The notes beneath the pieces were generated by a model. That model did not search any database. It saw nothing but the letters and a program-made list of their open reading frames with translations, and had not been told where the DNA came from. This document shows positions 49,981 to 64,000 of a DNA stretch of 64,000 nt, in pieces; the first letter of the stretch is position 1, and every line of letters begins with the position of its first letter. The translations under genes and the position numbers were made by a program. This DNA comes from Lingula anatina (lineage: Eukaryota > Animalia > Brachiopoda). The stretch covers positions 5,332,001 to 5,396,000 of the forward strand of contig CM120642.1 in assembly GCA_051362555.1 (NCBI GenBank), in the 5' to 3' direction.

Positions 49981-51993
49981 TTATGTACAGACACAGATGT
50001 GTCTGTACATATTGCCATCACCTGCGTCTGTCGTCGCCGTCGCCGTCGCCGTCGCCGATCATGTCGCCGTCGCCGTGCACTTTCAGCGTTAACACCATAA
50101 GTGGAAGACAGTTTTACTTTTTGGTTTTATATTAACAGAGCTGACTAATATTCATAAAACGCAGGTCAAGTTCGAAAATCAGCATGATCGGGCCATTATT
50201 GAAGAATTTATGCTGTTTTTTCACTTTTTAGCATATATGCAACACTGTTAACACATTTCAAGGAAAACCGATAGGCCTGTTGTCATGAAACTCACAGGAA
50301 TAATCAATCTTACTAAAACACAGATCAAGTTCGAAAATCAGCATGATCGGGCCACTATTTTAGTAGTTATGCTGTTTTTTCACTTTTCAGCATATATGCA
50401 ACACTGTTAACACATTTCAAGGAAAACCAATAGACCTGTTGTCATGAAACTCACAGGAGTAATCAGTCTTACTAAAATGCAGGTCAAGTTCGAAAATCAG
50501 CATAATCGGGCCATTAATTTATAAGTTATGCTGTTTTTTCACATTTCCTCAGATTCAATTCTTAGGCATGTTAACAGTCTCATTATTTAACTAATAAGAT
50601 TCGTAAAAGTGTTTGTTTGACATTTCCTGCATCTTTACAACATTGTTAGTTGATTATGTAAAAATGATGGTAAACTTAACATGTTAAAAAATTGTTAAAA
50701 ATGGAAAAAAAACATTTCAGGACAGTGCTGTCTTGTCTACATTTTGGCATTTTGAAGGTATGACTTTGAAGTTCCTTGGGTCTGAAGACCTTTGCTAGGC
50801 ACATTTTCTGAATATCCATGATACTAATATTTTATTATTAAAAATTGATGGTTATTATCCTGTTAAACATTATGTAATATTGCATCAAAATTTGAAGAAA
50901 CCCCTATTTTTGGCACTGCTCCCATGATGACCATTTAAGGAAAACCTGTCATTACAGGATAGAAACATGGGACATGAATAAAGCTTCAGTGGCCAATGCA
51001 GTCTGTTTGGTAAATTTTTCTGGCAGTTAAACTGTTATTTTTTTTTTTATTTTTTTTTTTTTTATTTTTTTTTTTTTGTGAAAATTTAATTTTTATCTAT
51101 TGGCATTTTCAAGGTGTGACTTAAGAACCTCCACGAGCTTGAAGACCCATGCTAATCACATTTTCTGAAAATCCATGATACAGATCTTTAATATTAAAAA
51201 CTGAGGGTCATTCTGCTGTTAAGCATTATGTAATATTGCATTAAAATAGAAGAAAACACAATTTTGGGTGCTGCTGCCATGATGACCATTATGGGAAAAC
51301 CATGTTACTTATGATTGTCAAACTTTCAAAAAAGAAACTAAAGACTAAAATGCAGCCTGAGTTGGAAAAGCAGTCTAATTGGCTTCTTTTTCTGGAAGTT
51401 ATACATTTTAGTAAAATATTCACTTTTATCATGTTGGCATATTTATTGTGGGACTCGAAGCTCCCATGGCCATAAAGCCAAATGGTAATCAAATTTTCTA
51501 CATGCCCATGCTATTTATAGTCAATAATCAAAAATTGGTGATAATTATTCTGTAATTTATTATGTAATGTTACATCAAAATTGACAAAAATCTTTTTGCA
51601 CTGCTACTACAAACATTATGAAAAGAGACTGTATTACTTATTATTATTTTCAACTTACAAGTATGATTTGTAGGATTGGCATGCAGTTCAAATAAGAAAG
51701 CCAGCTCAAATGGGTTATCAATTATTATTTAATTTAAGCAGTTTTATGTGAAATTTTCATTTTTCTCATTCTGGCATTTTCAAAGTGTGAACTTAAACTT
51801 CCATGGGCCTGAAGCCTTACGCTTGTTACACATTTCACTTACATTGGTATTACCTGTTGAGCATAATTAAAATTTGATGTTGAATTTGCAGTTAAGCATA
51901 ATGTACTTTTGCATCAGAATTGACAGTAGCCTATTTTGTGCATTGTTATTGTCTGCTTTTTGTCTGTACATTTGACAGCTTTGCTGCCTTGTT
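49981..51993 (+). mobile_element. Helentron-type non-autonomous element family H2, copy 1
   Basis: 5' hairpin ATGTACAGACAC-AGAT-GTGTCTGTACAT, (GTCGCC)n, 159-bp tandem units (50180, 50339, 50498), 3' subTIR TGTCTGTACAT, short hairpin CAGC-TTT-GCTG, ends TTGTT; inserted in a T run. Confidence 0.8.
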
Positions 51994-52757
51994 ATCCATA
52001 TATATGTGACAAGGGAAAATTCTTTTACTTAAAAAATATATTTTTTCTGTAAAACTTCATTGGAAAATATGGCTGTTCATTGTACCACCAGCGTTGGCGC
52101 TGGCGGTACACATGGTTTTAGTCCCGTCCGGATCGTTCTGCTGGCTCCGCCGGCTCCTGCGGCTCCGCCGGCTCCACCGGATGGCTACCGTTACCGCTTC
52201 TCCTCCCCCGTACCCATCTCTTGGATTTAGGTCACCTATAATCTCAACTCGTTCCACGTAAAATTTGGGCTTTGTCGGTATTGGGGTCTAGGTGTGGCAC
52301 TCATTGCAATGCACCCTTGTCTAAAAATGGCAAAATTAAATGCTAATTATCTACCCTACGGAAGGAATTATGGGAAAAATTTCTACAGACGGCTTTCCAA
52401 ATGTCATATGTTTAGATTTCAAATATGCCCTTGGATTTGACCTTTGACCTTTTTTTCAAGGTCAAATGGGCCAAAATTTTCAAAAAAATGAATTTTTTTA
52501 TGAAAAAATAATTATTTGCCCTGTTATTCAGACACCACACAGACTTAACCAATAATATTATTGGAAAGTGTTACCCTTCGGGTCATCTTTCATCTCCGTG
52601 AATTTGGGGTCAGTCGGTGCATTTTCACAGGAGTAGCGGCCATAAGATACTGAAACTGAAAACTGTCTCTAATTCGGGAACCGTTAATGCTAGAGACCCA
52701 TTCTTTTTTGCATTTTGTAGAGCATGTAAAGCCCAACACTGGAAGTGGTCTCAGTTT

Positions 52758-55015
52758 TTATGTACAGACACAGATGTGTCTGTACATATTGCCATCACCT
52801 GCGTCTGTCGTCGCCGATGCCGATACCGATGCCGTCGCCGATGCCGTGCACTTTCCTTGTAAACACGATAAGTGGAGGACAGTTTTACTTTTTGGCTTTA
52901 TATTTACAGAGCTGATGAATATTCATAAAACGCAGGTCAAGTTCGAAAATCAGCATGATCAGGCCATTATTGTAGAAGTTATGCTGTTTTTTCTTTTTTC
53001 AGCATATATGCAACCCTGTAAACACATTTTAAGGAAAACCGTTAGGCCTGTTGTCATGAAACTCACAGGAGTAATCAATCTTACTAAAACGCAGGTCAAG
53101 TTCATAAATCAGCATGATCGGGCCATTATTTTAGTAGTTATGCTGTTTTTTCATTTTTCAGCATATATGCAACACTGTAAACACAATATAAGAAAAACAG
53201 ATAGGCCAATTGTCATTAAACTTACAGGAGTGGTCAATCTTACTAAAACACAGGATGAGTTCAAAAATCAGCATAATTGGGGCATTATTTTAGAAGTTAT
53301 GCTGTTTTTTCACATTTACTCAGATTCAATTCTTAGGCATGTTAATAGCCTTATTATTTAAGTAATAAGATACGTAAAAGTGTTTGTTTGACATTTCCTG
53401 CATCTTTACAACATTGTTAGTTGATTATGTAAAAATGATGGTAAACTTGTTATCGTGTATTGTGTAATAAAGTGTCAAAAATGGAAATAAACTCATATCA
53501 TTGCAGTTTGTCAGATTCAATCATCCACTATGTTCAGAATCTCAGAATGGAGGAAATTGGACATTTAACACTGTTCTATTGATATTTTTCCCATCTCATC
53601 AGTTTTCTTAGTTGATCATATAAAAATTGCAGTAAACTGTTTATTTTGTTTTATGTTAAAAAAGTGTTAAAAATGGAAATAAACCCATGTCAGAACAGTG
53701 CTGTCTTGTTTACATTTTGGCATTTTCAAGGTGTGACTTTGAAGTTCCATTGGCCTGAAGACCTTTGCTGGTCACGTTTTCTGAATGTCCATTCTACTAA
53801 TATTTTATTATTAAAGATTGATGGTCATTATGCTGTTAAACATTATGTAATGTTGCATCAAAATTTGAAGAAACCCCTATTTTGGGCACTGCTCCCAAGA
53901 TGACCATTTAAGAAAAACCATGTCACTTATTGTTTTCAAACTAACAGGAAAGAAACATGGGACTAAAATACAGCTTCAGTAGGCAATGCAGTCTGTTTGG
54001 TAATTCTTTCTTCCAGTTAAACAGTTTTTTTTTTTTTTTTTTTTTTGTGAAATTTAATTTTTCACATATTTTTCAGCTTATATGCAACACTGATAACACA
54101 ATATAAGAAAAACAGATAGGCCATTTGTCATTTTACACACAGGAGTGGTCAATCTTACTAAAACGCAGATTGAATTCGAAAATCAGCATAATCGGGCCAT
54201 TATTTTAGAAATTAAGCTGTTTTTTCACATTTCCTCAGATTCAGTTCTTAGGCATGTTAACAGTCTCATTATTGAACTAATAAGATACGTAAAAGTGTTT
54301 GTTTGACATTTCCTGCATCTTTACAATATTTTTAGTTGATTATGTAAAAATGATGGTAAACTTGTTATTGTGTTTTGTGTAATAAAGTGTCAAAAATGGA
54401 AATAAACTCATATCATTGCAGTTTGTCAGATTCAATCATCCACTATGTTCAGAATCTCAGAATGGAGGAAATTGGACATTTAACACTGTTCTATTGATAT
54501 TTTTCCCATCTCATCAATTTTCTTAGTTGATCATATAAAAATTGCAGTTAACTGTTTATTTTGTTTTATGTTAAAAAAGTGTTAAAAATGGAAATAAACC
54601 CATGTCAGAACAGTGCTGTCTTGTTCTTATATTGGGACTTTCATCATGTGAATTTTAACTCTCATGGTCATGAAACTATAATCTTATTGAAGGGGTGGAT
54701 TGAGACCATCTTCTGGGTCTCCTGGAAGACAGTTAGATTTTAAAGTTTATATTGATGGGTATCTATTTTTTTCTTTTGGAAGACCATCAAAATGGAAGAT
54801 GGATCAATAAAGATACTTTAGAATACTGTCAAAAATATTTCTGGATCTGCTTCTGTTATTGACCATGTTACCTGTTGTGCATAATGAAAAATCAGTGTTG
54901 ACTGACTGCTATTATAAGCATTATTTATTGTTGCATCAAAATTGACAAAATGACCTCTTTTGCATCTTTTTTTTCTGTTTTTTGTCTGTACATTTGACAG
55001 CTTTGCTGCCTTGTT
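52758..55015 (+). mobile_element. Helentron-type element H2, copy 2, nested in H1 copy C
   Basis: same termini as 49981-51993; interrupts GGAAGTGGTCTC(T)n GTATTCCATACG, which is uninterrupted in copy B. Confidence 0.85.
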
Positions 55016-56494
55016 TTGTATTCCATACGGTTATCGAGTTACGCTGTATCAAAATATACATATTGGTGGTGAAAGCAAAATGTACAGTACGGTAATGGAT
55101 AATAAATTTTGAACTCCAGAAAAATAAAACATAAGGCTTGGCAAAGCAGACAACTTGTGGTCAAAAATGACATTATTTCATCAAATTTGGACTTCTGGAC
55201 TTTCAGAGCACCTCCCATTTCAAGAATTTTGACCAAAATGACCTTTTCTTAATTTTAATTAATTTTTTCTGTAGGAAATTTATGGCACATTATGGTAACT
55301 CCAAAATTATAACATTTAGTCCCTTATATCTCCAAAACTGGCAGAGATAGGTCCATAGTTACTATTGAAGTTGAATAGGAAGTCATATACTGGCAATCTT
55401 ACTGTGACCTTGAAATTGACCTTTGACCTACTTTTCACCATGAACTGAACTTTGCAAATTTTGCTTCCCTTTTATCTCCAAAACTGGCAGAGATAGGTCC
55501 ATAGTTACTATTGAACTTGAATAGGAAGTCATAAACTGGCAATCTAAATGTGACCTTAAAATTGACCTTTGTCCTACTTTTTCACCATGAACTGAACTTT
55601 GCAAATTTTGCTTCCCTTTTATCTCCAAAACTGGCAGAGATAATTCCATAGTTACTATTGAACTTGAATAGGAAGTCATATACTGGCAATCTGGATGTGA
55701 CCTTAAAATTGACCTTTGACCTTCTTTTCACCATGAACTTAACTTTGCAAATTCTGCTTCCCTTTTATCTCCAAAACTGGCAGAGATAGATCCGTAGTTA
55801 CTATTGAACTTGAATAGGAAGTCATATACTGGCAATCTAATTATGACCTTGAAATTGACCTTTGACCTACTTTTCACCATGAATTGAACTTTGCAAATTT
55901 TGGTTCCCTTTTATCTCCAAAACTGGCAGAGATAGGGCCATAGTTTCTATTGAACTTGAATAGGAACTCATATACTGGCAATCCAAATGTGTCCTTAAAA
56001 TTGACCTTTGACCTACTTTTCACCATGAACTGAACTTTGCAAATTTTGCTTCCCTTTTATCTCCAAAACTGGCAGAGATAGGTCCGTAGTTATTATTGAA
56101 CTTGAATAGGAAGTCAAATACTGGCAATCTTACTGTGACCTTGAAATTAACCTTTGACCTGCTTTTCATCATGAATTGAACTTTGCAAATTTTGCTTCCC
56201 TTTTATCTCGAAAGTTACGCTGTATCAAAAAGTACATATTGGTGGTGAAAGCAAAATGTGTAGTACGGTAATGGATAATAAATTTTGAACTACGGAAAAA
56301 TAACACATAAGGCTTGGCAAAGCAGACAACTTGTGGTCAAAAATGACATTATTTCATCAAATTTGAACATCTGGAACTTCAGAGCACCTCCCATTTCAAG
56401 AATTTTGACCAAACTGACCTTGTCTGTATTTTAATTAATTTTTTCTGTAGGAAATTTATGGCACATTATGGTAACTCCAAAATTATAACATTTA

Positions 56495-56751
56495 GGCTTC
56501 GTTCACATGCAATGTCTATTTTCTAAATTCTATTTTCTATTCGCGCTATCTTATGATCACGGTCTGTGCACTGAATATCCCGCCGCGTAATTACTGGCAG
56601 CGCGAGCCAGTTACTTATAGTAACTTATAGTAACTGGCTCGCGCTGCCAGTAATTACGCGGCGGGATATTCAGTGCACAGACCGTGATCATAAGACGTGC
56701 CGCAAATAGAAAATAGAATTTAGAAAATAGACATTGCATGTGAACGAAGCC
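56495..56751. mobile_element. 257-bp near-perfect palindromic PIF/Harbinger-like MITE
   Basis: ends GGCTTCGTTCACA/TGTGAACGAAGCC; TTA TSD at 56492-56494 and 56752-56754; empty site AACATTTAGTCCC at 55311. Confidence 0.9.
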
Positions 56752-59700
56752 TTAGTCCCTTATATCTCCAAAACTGGCAGAGATAGGTCCATAGTTACTA
56801 TTGAAGTTGAATAGGAAGTACTCCAAAACTGGCAGAGATAGGTCCATAGTTACTATTGAACTTGAATAGAAAGTCATATACTGGCAATCTTACTGTGACC
56901 TTGAAATTGACCTTTGACCTACTTTCATCATGAATTGAACTTTGCAAATTTTGTTTCCCTTTTATCTCCAAAACTGGCAGAGATAGATCCGTAGTTACTA
57001 TTGAACTTGAATAGGAAGTCATATACTGGCAATCTAATTATGACCTTGAAATTGACCTTTGACCTACTTTTCACCATGAATTGAACTTTGCAAATTTTGG
57101 TTCCCTTTTATCTCCAAAACTGGCAGAGATAGGGCCATAGTTTCTATTGAACTTGAATAGGAACTCATATACTGGCAATCCAAATGTGTCCTTAAAATTG
57201 ACCTTTGACCTACTTTTCACCATGAACTTAACTTTGCAAATTTTGCTTCCCTTTTATCTCCAAAACTGGCAGAGATAGGTCCATAGTTACTATTGAACTT
57301 GAATGGGAAGTCATATCCTGGCAATCTAAATGTGACCTTGAAATTGACCTTTGACCTACTTTTCACCATGAACTGAACTTTGCAAATTTTGCTTCCCTTT
57401 TATCTCCAAAACTGGCAGAGATAGGTCCATAGTTACTATTGAACTTGAATAGGAAGTCATATACTGGCAATCTAAATGCGACCTTGAAATTGACCTTTGA
57501 CCTACTTTTTATCATGAATTGAACTTTGCAAATTTTGGTTCCCTTTTATCTCCAAAACTGGCAAAGATAGGTCCATAGTTACTATTGAACTTGAATAGGA
57601 AGTCATATACTGGCAATCTTACTGTGACCTTGAAATTGACCTTTGACCTACCTTACGATGAACTAAACTTTGATTGTACCATTTTTAGTTATATATATTT
57701 TTTGCATATTTTGAAAATTCTCGTAGATTGCATTTTTACAATTTGTCAAGCAAAAGACTGGTGGCTGTGTCCCTTATTTTGTGTATGTGGGGGTCTATAC
57801 GAATGCGCTTACTCCAGCTGGTGGTACAATATTCGGAGGCGGTATCGCCTCTCTGATCCTCTAGTTTCTTGCAGTATTCATAGTCATAATAAAAAATTCA
57901 TGACCGAAACTGCATAAACTCTTACATTGGCAGAAATAGAGTTTATTTTTACTGTAGGATATTATAGTATATGGTCTTAATGATTATCTCAGAAAACCTG
58001 CATATTATAATGATGTATATAGACAAGAAAGACTAAATTAAAACAATGACCATGTGCATGCTGGCACTTTAGTGTCATTATTATGATCAAACTACTGACT
58101 ACATACAAAGGTATTTTTCTTTCTCTGTTGAACTATATAGGTATTATGTTTTTAACTTAGATATCCAATATACAGTATGTTGGATCTTAGCTTTAACACA
58201 ACATATAATTAAATTGGTATAGTCATTTAACTTAAGCACTGTAGGCCAAAATGTAACTTAATTAAGTTATTGTCATCATGAATTTTTTAAAAAGCAAGGT
58301 GAGTCTCGTAGGAGTTTGTACAGAAATTTATGTGAATATAGAAAACTTAATAATTCCATCAAGATGAACATTTCATGAGAGAAAAATTAACCAAAGGTTA
58401 GCTTTATGATATTTTTCATGAAGAAATACAATGCGCTCGTGATCTGTGAAGAAAGATTCCATCTGTTACATTGTAGTCCATGAGAGGGAAGAAAAAAGGC
58501 TACAGTTCAGGGGAGAGGTAATTTTAAGCCTATTGACATTCTTGTCTCCTGTTTTGTTGACTTTAGCTTAGGGTGCCATATTGTGACTAGCAAGCGATCC
58601 ATTGGATTACAACTAGCGCGTATCATTGTAGAGATCCCTCCTTGCATTAACCACTGCAAAGGACATCAACAACAGTGTAATTTTGAATTTTACATAAGCC
58701 AGCATGTTTAACAAGCAGATTTGCTCATGCAATGCGTAACGTGCACATGGCTTCTGGAGTAATTGTTCACAGGTGTGAAATTAGGAGTAATGCACATGTG
58801 CATGACCAGTACAGGTAAAATACAGCCTACAGCATCTTTACTTGTCCATTTCCCTGTTCCTCTGGATGAGATAGACCTGTGACAGTAGAAGTGTCAACTG
58901 AGAGAAATTTCTACAACATTGAAGCTTGAGACAGAGCATGAAAGGAATTAATGTTCCCCTTTAGCCAGGTAAATTCCAAAGGTATTTTAATGTATTGGCT
59001 GTTATTATTATTATTATTATTATTAAAAGTAATGTTAAAGCAAATTGTTTTCTTCATGAGAAGTACTTTTTGGGGAATAGTTTGTGGCAATTTGGAATCC
59101 ATCTGCGTTACCTTTTGATTCATATTGGGCAGTGAACAATTGATTCAATTTTTACATTCAGCTTGAGTGTCTTATTTTTGTCCTTTTATTAATATTGTCG
59201 TAGAATACAAATAAAATGTGATAAGGTTTTTTAGGGCTAGTCTGTCTGAATTAGATTGAGGGGCTATTGGCTATGAAGGAGCTCAAATTGAAGGGCAAAT
59301 GATGCTTAGGAGCATGCAGAGAGAATAAAAGTGTCTAGTATGTTTTCACCACACACCCTTTTTTTGATGTATTAGCCTTCTCGACAAGTATATTGGCCTT
59401 CCTGATGTTTGTGCAATCTCATGATATTCACAGGTTGTTGTGGTCTGTTTTTTTTATTATTCTTCAGAAAGGAAAGCAACCTGTTAGTGCATGGAGGGTA
59501 TGTGTTCCGGTGCTTGAATGAATGAATGAAAAAAAGTAAATGGGCCATGCTTTTTCAATGATGTTTGTATAGTAGGTCTAGAAATATACAGCAAGACTGA
59601 ATACGTAAGTACTAGTATGTTATACAATGTCACATTTGATAGCATCCATCCATGCAGTAAAAAGAGGCAAGACGGAAAGGAAAGCAGTTTGAATACAAAA

Positions 59701-62700
59701 AGTGGAAATAGGGTCAAACTGTTGGACTTAAAAAGGGTTCACTTTTCATCAGTACCTACTGCACATTTGCCTAATGCTTCAAAATACAAGTAGTCTTTTG
59801 AAAAGTACCCAGTGCAGGATTTTGACTCTTAGAAAAGATTTTTTCTGGGGTTCATTTACAAGTATTGATTTTAAGAAAAATTTTTTCTTTGCATGTTTTC
59901 TGATGAAATAATGGTTAAGACTGTACCATATGCTTTGCTTTACAGTGCTTTTTGAAGTACATGTACAGTACCTGTATGTCAGCTAGCTAAACAGTATTGG
60001 TGGATTAATTTTATCTTATATTGTTTGATAAAATTGCCTTTGGTAAATATATAAGTAAGTGGCCTTAATTGTAAGTTATTTTATTATGACTCTCCACTGC
60101 CAACATACTCATACATGTCTGAATATTGAAATGTTTGTCATTCATGCTTGAAGTGGGAGTAAATTATTGAAGACCTGGGGTTTACCCACTGATGTTGATC
60201 TTTGGCGTGAACAGACAAATTGAATGACAAACTAGTTTCTTCAAGTAGGCAATTATGACGAGTCTTATCATTTTAAGCATATAGAACAAGATTCATTGAT
60301 CAGGATTACAAATTAATTACTATCCAAATAAAAAATACAGTTCACCTGTGGTAATTTTCCGTCTGACAGCCTCTTAACAAGTCCACCGTTCATGACCATG
60401 TGGGAGTATCCCAGTGGGAAACGGGACACCAGGCTTTCTGGGTGAAATTCTTTATAGTTTTATCACGTAGGTCCAATAATCTGCTCAGGAAATTATATCA
60501 GGTATACATGTATCTTACGTGGATTATTTCAAGTCAAATGTATGTATATATGTAGGAGTTCACTTTGGGTAATTCGGTCAAGGTTTTCTACTAGCACTGA
60601 TAAAACAGCAGACTGGACAGAAGCATTAACTTGTACAACTATTATATACAGATGATAAAAGTACACTTCTAGTCTTAAGGTAAGTTACTTATTACTCTAT
60701 TTCTTAAAAATCAGGCGTGAAATTCAATGATAGAGTAAGGTATAGTTATCAGGAGTTACTAGTTATCTTACAACAGGTATCAGACAAAGTGGTCAGGTGT
60801 TTAAAGTTCTCTATGAGGTGATAATGTGCACTATATTACATAAGCTGTGATCTGTTTATTCATTTAAAGAAAATTTTGTGTTAACAATTCTGTAAAAAAT
60901 ACAAATTACAATTTTCATGTTTAATGATAGCCAGCATGAGGGATATTTCTATAACAATTAAAAGAGATTTTTCTATTGTGCCCTGATTATGTTTCCCTAC
61001 AGTTGGAACAGGTCCATGCCTGCGTTTAATATAACAAAAATTTCCAACAGACTCCAGAATTCAGACTGGGGTGTATTCTTTGCTTTAGAAAGGACTAATT
61101 AATTAATCTGTCTGTGGATGGGAATTAAGTATCCAGATCTTCGTTCATGCAACATTCATTTATTAGGTTCGTGTGTTTAAAGAAATGTGCCTTTCTTTTG
61201 GTGTATGTGAACATTTTACAGTTGTGTAGTAACAGCAGTATGCAAACGTGTCCTCACATTTAGTTTGGATTTAATCGTAAGCATGGGCGCGCAATGGATA
61301 TGTAGTGGAGGGTGAGGGGGGAGCTTTTTTTGTTTTGTTTTGTTTTTTTTCTTTTTGTGTGCACATGTGTTTGCAAGTACAGATGTGCTGAGTTAAGTGA
61401 TTCAGGAGCAATATTTTTCTTAAGTTGCCCCCACCTACTACCCTCATCAGTAAGATTCTGAATTCATATCAATATCATCAAAATAATAACCTTGAAAAAA
61501 ATCTATGTTAATTCAGATTAAAAAATTCATACACTGTATCAAAATTTTGGGTCATTAAAATGTGTTAAACACATGTTGTAAATATTATTGATAAAAATAT
61601 TTAAAGAAACATATGTATTATTTTAACTGTTAAATTGCCACTTTTACTATTTCAGTTCTGCATGATTTGTACCAAATTGTTTTGGAGAACAATTCTGATA
61701 TTTTAATCAAAATATTTTGTTTGGAAACGTATCGTCTACATGTTCTGTGTATGTTATGGTCACATTGTGTAGTAAACAGAAAAAAAAGGCAAAATGTCAA
61801 AAGACTAATCTGTTTTGTTACACAAATCTTTGTCAATCTTATTGATGAAAAGGTTGTGCAGGGAAACAGATTGTTATTTACTTCTTACTTTTAATGACCG
61901 CTGTGTGCATTTTTTTGTCAGCTTTGTGGTAAAACAAATCTGTGTTTATTCCATTGATTTTTCTTTCAGTAATAAATCCATTGACATTCTCAGCTGAAAA
62001 ATGAGGTTGATGCTAGGAGCCAATTGAATTTGTGATCTTTAACAGATCTTTCGTACTAACTCATGTTCAACAGAGTGCATGAGTACCTGTGGTCCCAAAG
62101 GTTAATTTAGATGACCTCAATATGGCCTCCAGGAGGATTTTGTCTTGAAAATATTTTTATCATGAAACATGTTTTTATTACAGACTATTGAGTTAACACC
62201 TAGATGGCTTGATTTGCAGTAGAATCAATGGAAAAAATCAGTGATTGTTGAATAAATCAATGAGCCATATGTGTTGCACTTAGGCTGCAGATCATAAAGT
62301 ACATTTTTCACCGTTTTTTTTTTTTTTTCCCTGTTTCGCATGATTTTGACTGGTTATGTAATTACGCTATGGGTTTTTTTACACCCACTCTCACAAGTCC
62401 ACATCCAAATGTATGGACCAATTTATCAAACTTACTCTGAATGACTGACTGTGTTAAGGTAATTGGGAAGGGGGTGGATGGGTCCATTAATTTAGATCTC
62501 TAAGACGTAATAGCTAGTCTATTAAGTTGTCAGTTTCTTGAAGTGGTTTGAAACAGAAAAGTGTACCACATATGATATGAAAATGGCCTTGAAATGATTG
62601 GCTGGAGTGGATTGATTTAGATGGGACACTAGTCTCTACCAAGGCAATGACATTTTGTCTCCTCTATTCTATTCTATTCTGGTCAGAGTTGTCTCTGTCA

Positions 62701-64000
62701 CAGTGCATTATGTTATCAGGTAAATATAATGAAGGCCTCAGTTTTGAACACCACTCACAGAGTAATACTTGAGTATAATTTATGTATTATTTAGTGATTA
62801 TATATATATAACAATAATTATAATTATTTTACACTGTATTTTTATATCCCTTCATGAAAGGATAGCCTTGCAGTCAACAATATTATTATTATTAATTTTT
62901 CAAATGATTTGCTTTTGGTGAGATAATATTCCTCAATATCCTTTCCCATGAAAGATTTAACTGTCTTAATGTATGCTATCTCAGGTATGCAAACTTATGA
63001 TATATTAGGAGTGTTCTAACAGTTTTATAAAATTAAGTTTGAGTTCAATCAAAATAATACAATGATAAATATTGAAATGTTAAACAGGTAGAAAAATGCC
63101 TTCAAAGCCTGAATTTACCTGTAAGATGATTGGGGACTGTGTATAGCTGAATTATGTATATGATATAGCAAAGCGTAGGCTTGTGTCTAGATTATCAGGG
63201 GTGAATGATCAACATATACATATGATATAGAAATGTGAATTGGACTGCGTGGTAGAGAAGTATAAAAAGGACCATCAATGTTAAGAATATTTTATAGATA
63301 CATGTAGTTAGTCTGTGGGATGAATATAGCATTGATAGACAGGAATAGGTACAATGGTGAGTGGCTCTTTGGAAAAATAGATAAAAGATCCTTAGATTCT
63401 CAAAACAGTGTGCTAGTACAACAACAACAACAACTGCCAACAATGCTAATCGAGGCATCTTCAAAATGAAAGGGAGTTCATGAGAGTTGTCCTTTAGTTA
63501 TTTATGAAAACAAGTTCTGGATTGCTAGGTTCTAGTGACTGAGGTGAATCACCTGCAGGTGACTGCGCAACACTTGGTAGGTAAAGAGGATTTTCTGTGG
63601 TTATGTCAAGGTTTTAAATTTTATCTACTTTTCTTTGGTTTAACAAGGTTTCCTATCTGATTCTGTCATGCAGTGCAAAAAAATAGTAACATGACATGCA
63701 TGCACGTACGTACATTAAAAGACTGGAAGTGTGCACCCCAGCAATTCTACTAACCGAAGCAAGAAATTGCTCAAGCGAAGTCCTCTTCAACAGGAAAGCA
63801 ATGAAAAAGAGGAAATGTGCTCAATGTACGATTTCCTCGAGTATGCCTTGGTTACAAAAATTTGTCAGACTAGCTTTAGTACATATATGTGATTTGTTGC
63901 TCTTTCAGTGCTGGGAGACTCACAGCCTTTGATAATATTCTGTAAAAGGGCAGACAAGGCTGTTTGAAAAAAAGGATTAAATACAGTAAATGCTCATAAA

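Larger units (their letters stand above)
52077..57866 (+). mobile_element. Helentron-type element H1, copy C (with nested H2, a foldback MITE and an internal duplication)
   Basis: H1 termini at both ends; 146-bp arrays at about 55320-56211 and 56755-57650. Confidence 0.88.

Noticed and set aside
52687-53361. 224-aa ORF
   Set aside because: It spans the H1/H2 junction and reads through 159-bp (53-codon) repeats; no protein motif

Overview
AT-rich metazoan (probably lophotrochozoan/mollusc-like; inference) genomic window with spliceosomal introns and dense transposon debris. Genes: the last 7 coding exons of XAB2/SYF1 (+, 113-3600); a single-coding-exon GT31 brainiac-like beta-1,3-glycosyltransferase (+, 18624-19700), preceded by a hollowed-out duplicate of its own locus (7795-11994); and a complete FBXW5 (-, 39927-26031, 7 coding exons, 794 aa by my splice model). 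Main hunt result: upstream of the FBXW5 ATG, five small exons with four GTRAGT donors splice in phase into a 73-aa ORF (41675-40488, -) that the ORF track misses. Its last exon appears to run into the FBXW5 start exon, suggesting a bicistronic microprotein-FBXW5 transcript. Repeats: decayed Ty3/Gypsy and RTE LINE elements, a Penelope relic, many PIF/Harbinger-type MITEs (one nested in its own family), and two families of Helentron-type non-autonomous elements. One of these carries 146-bp tandem arrays whose units contain AGGTCA DR1 motifs. No tRNA, rRNA or CRISPR array was seen. All gene models are hand-spliced from sequence and untested.
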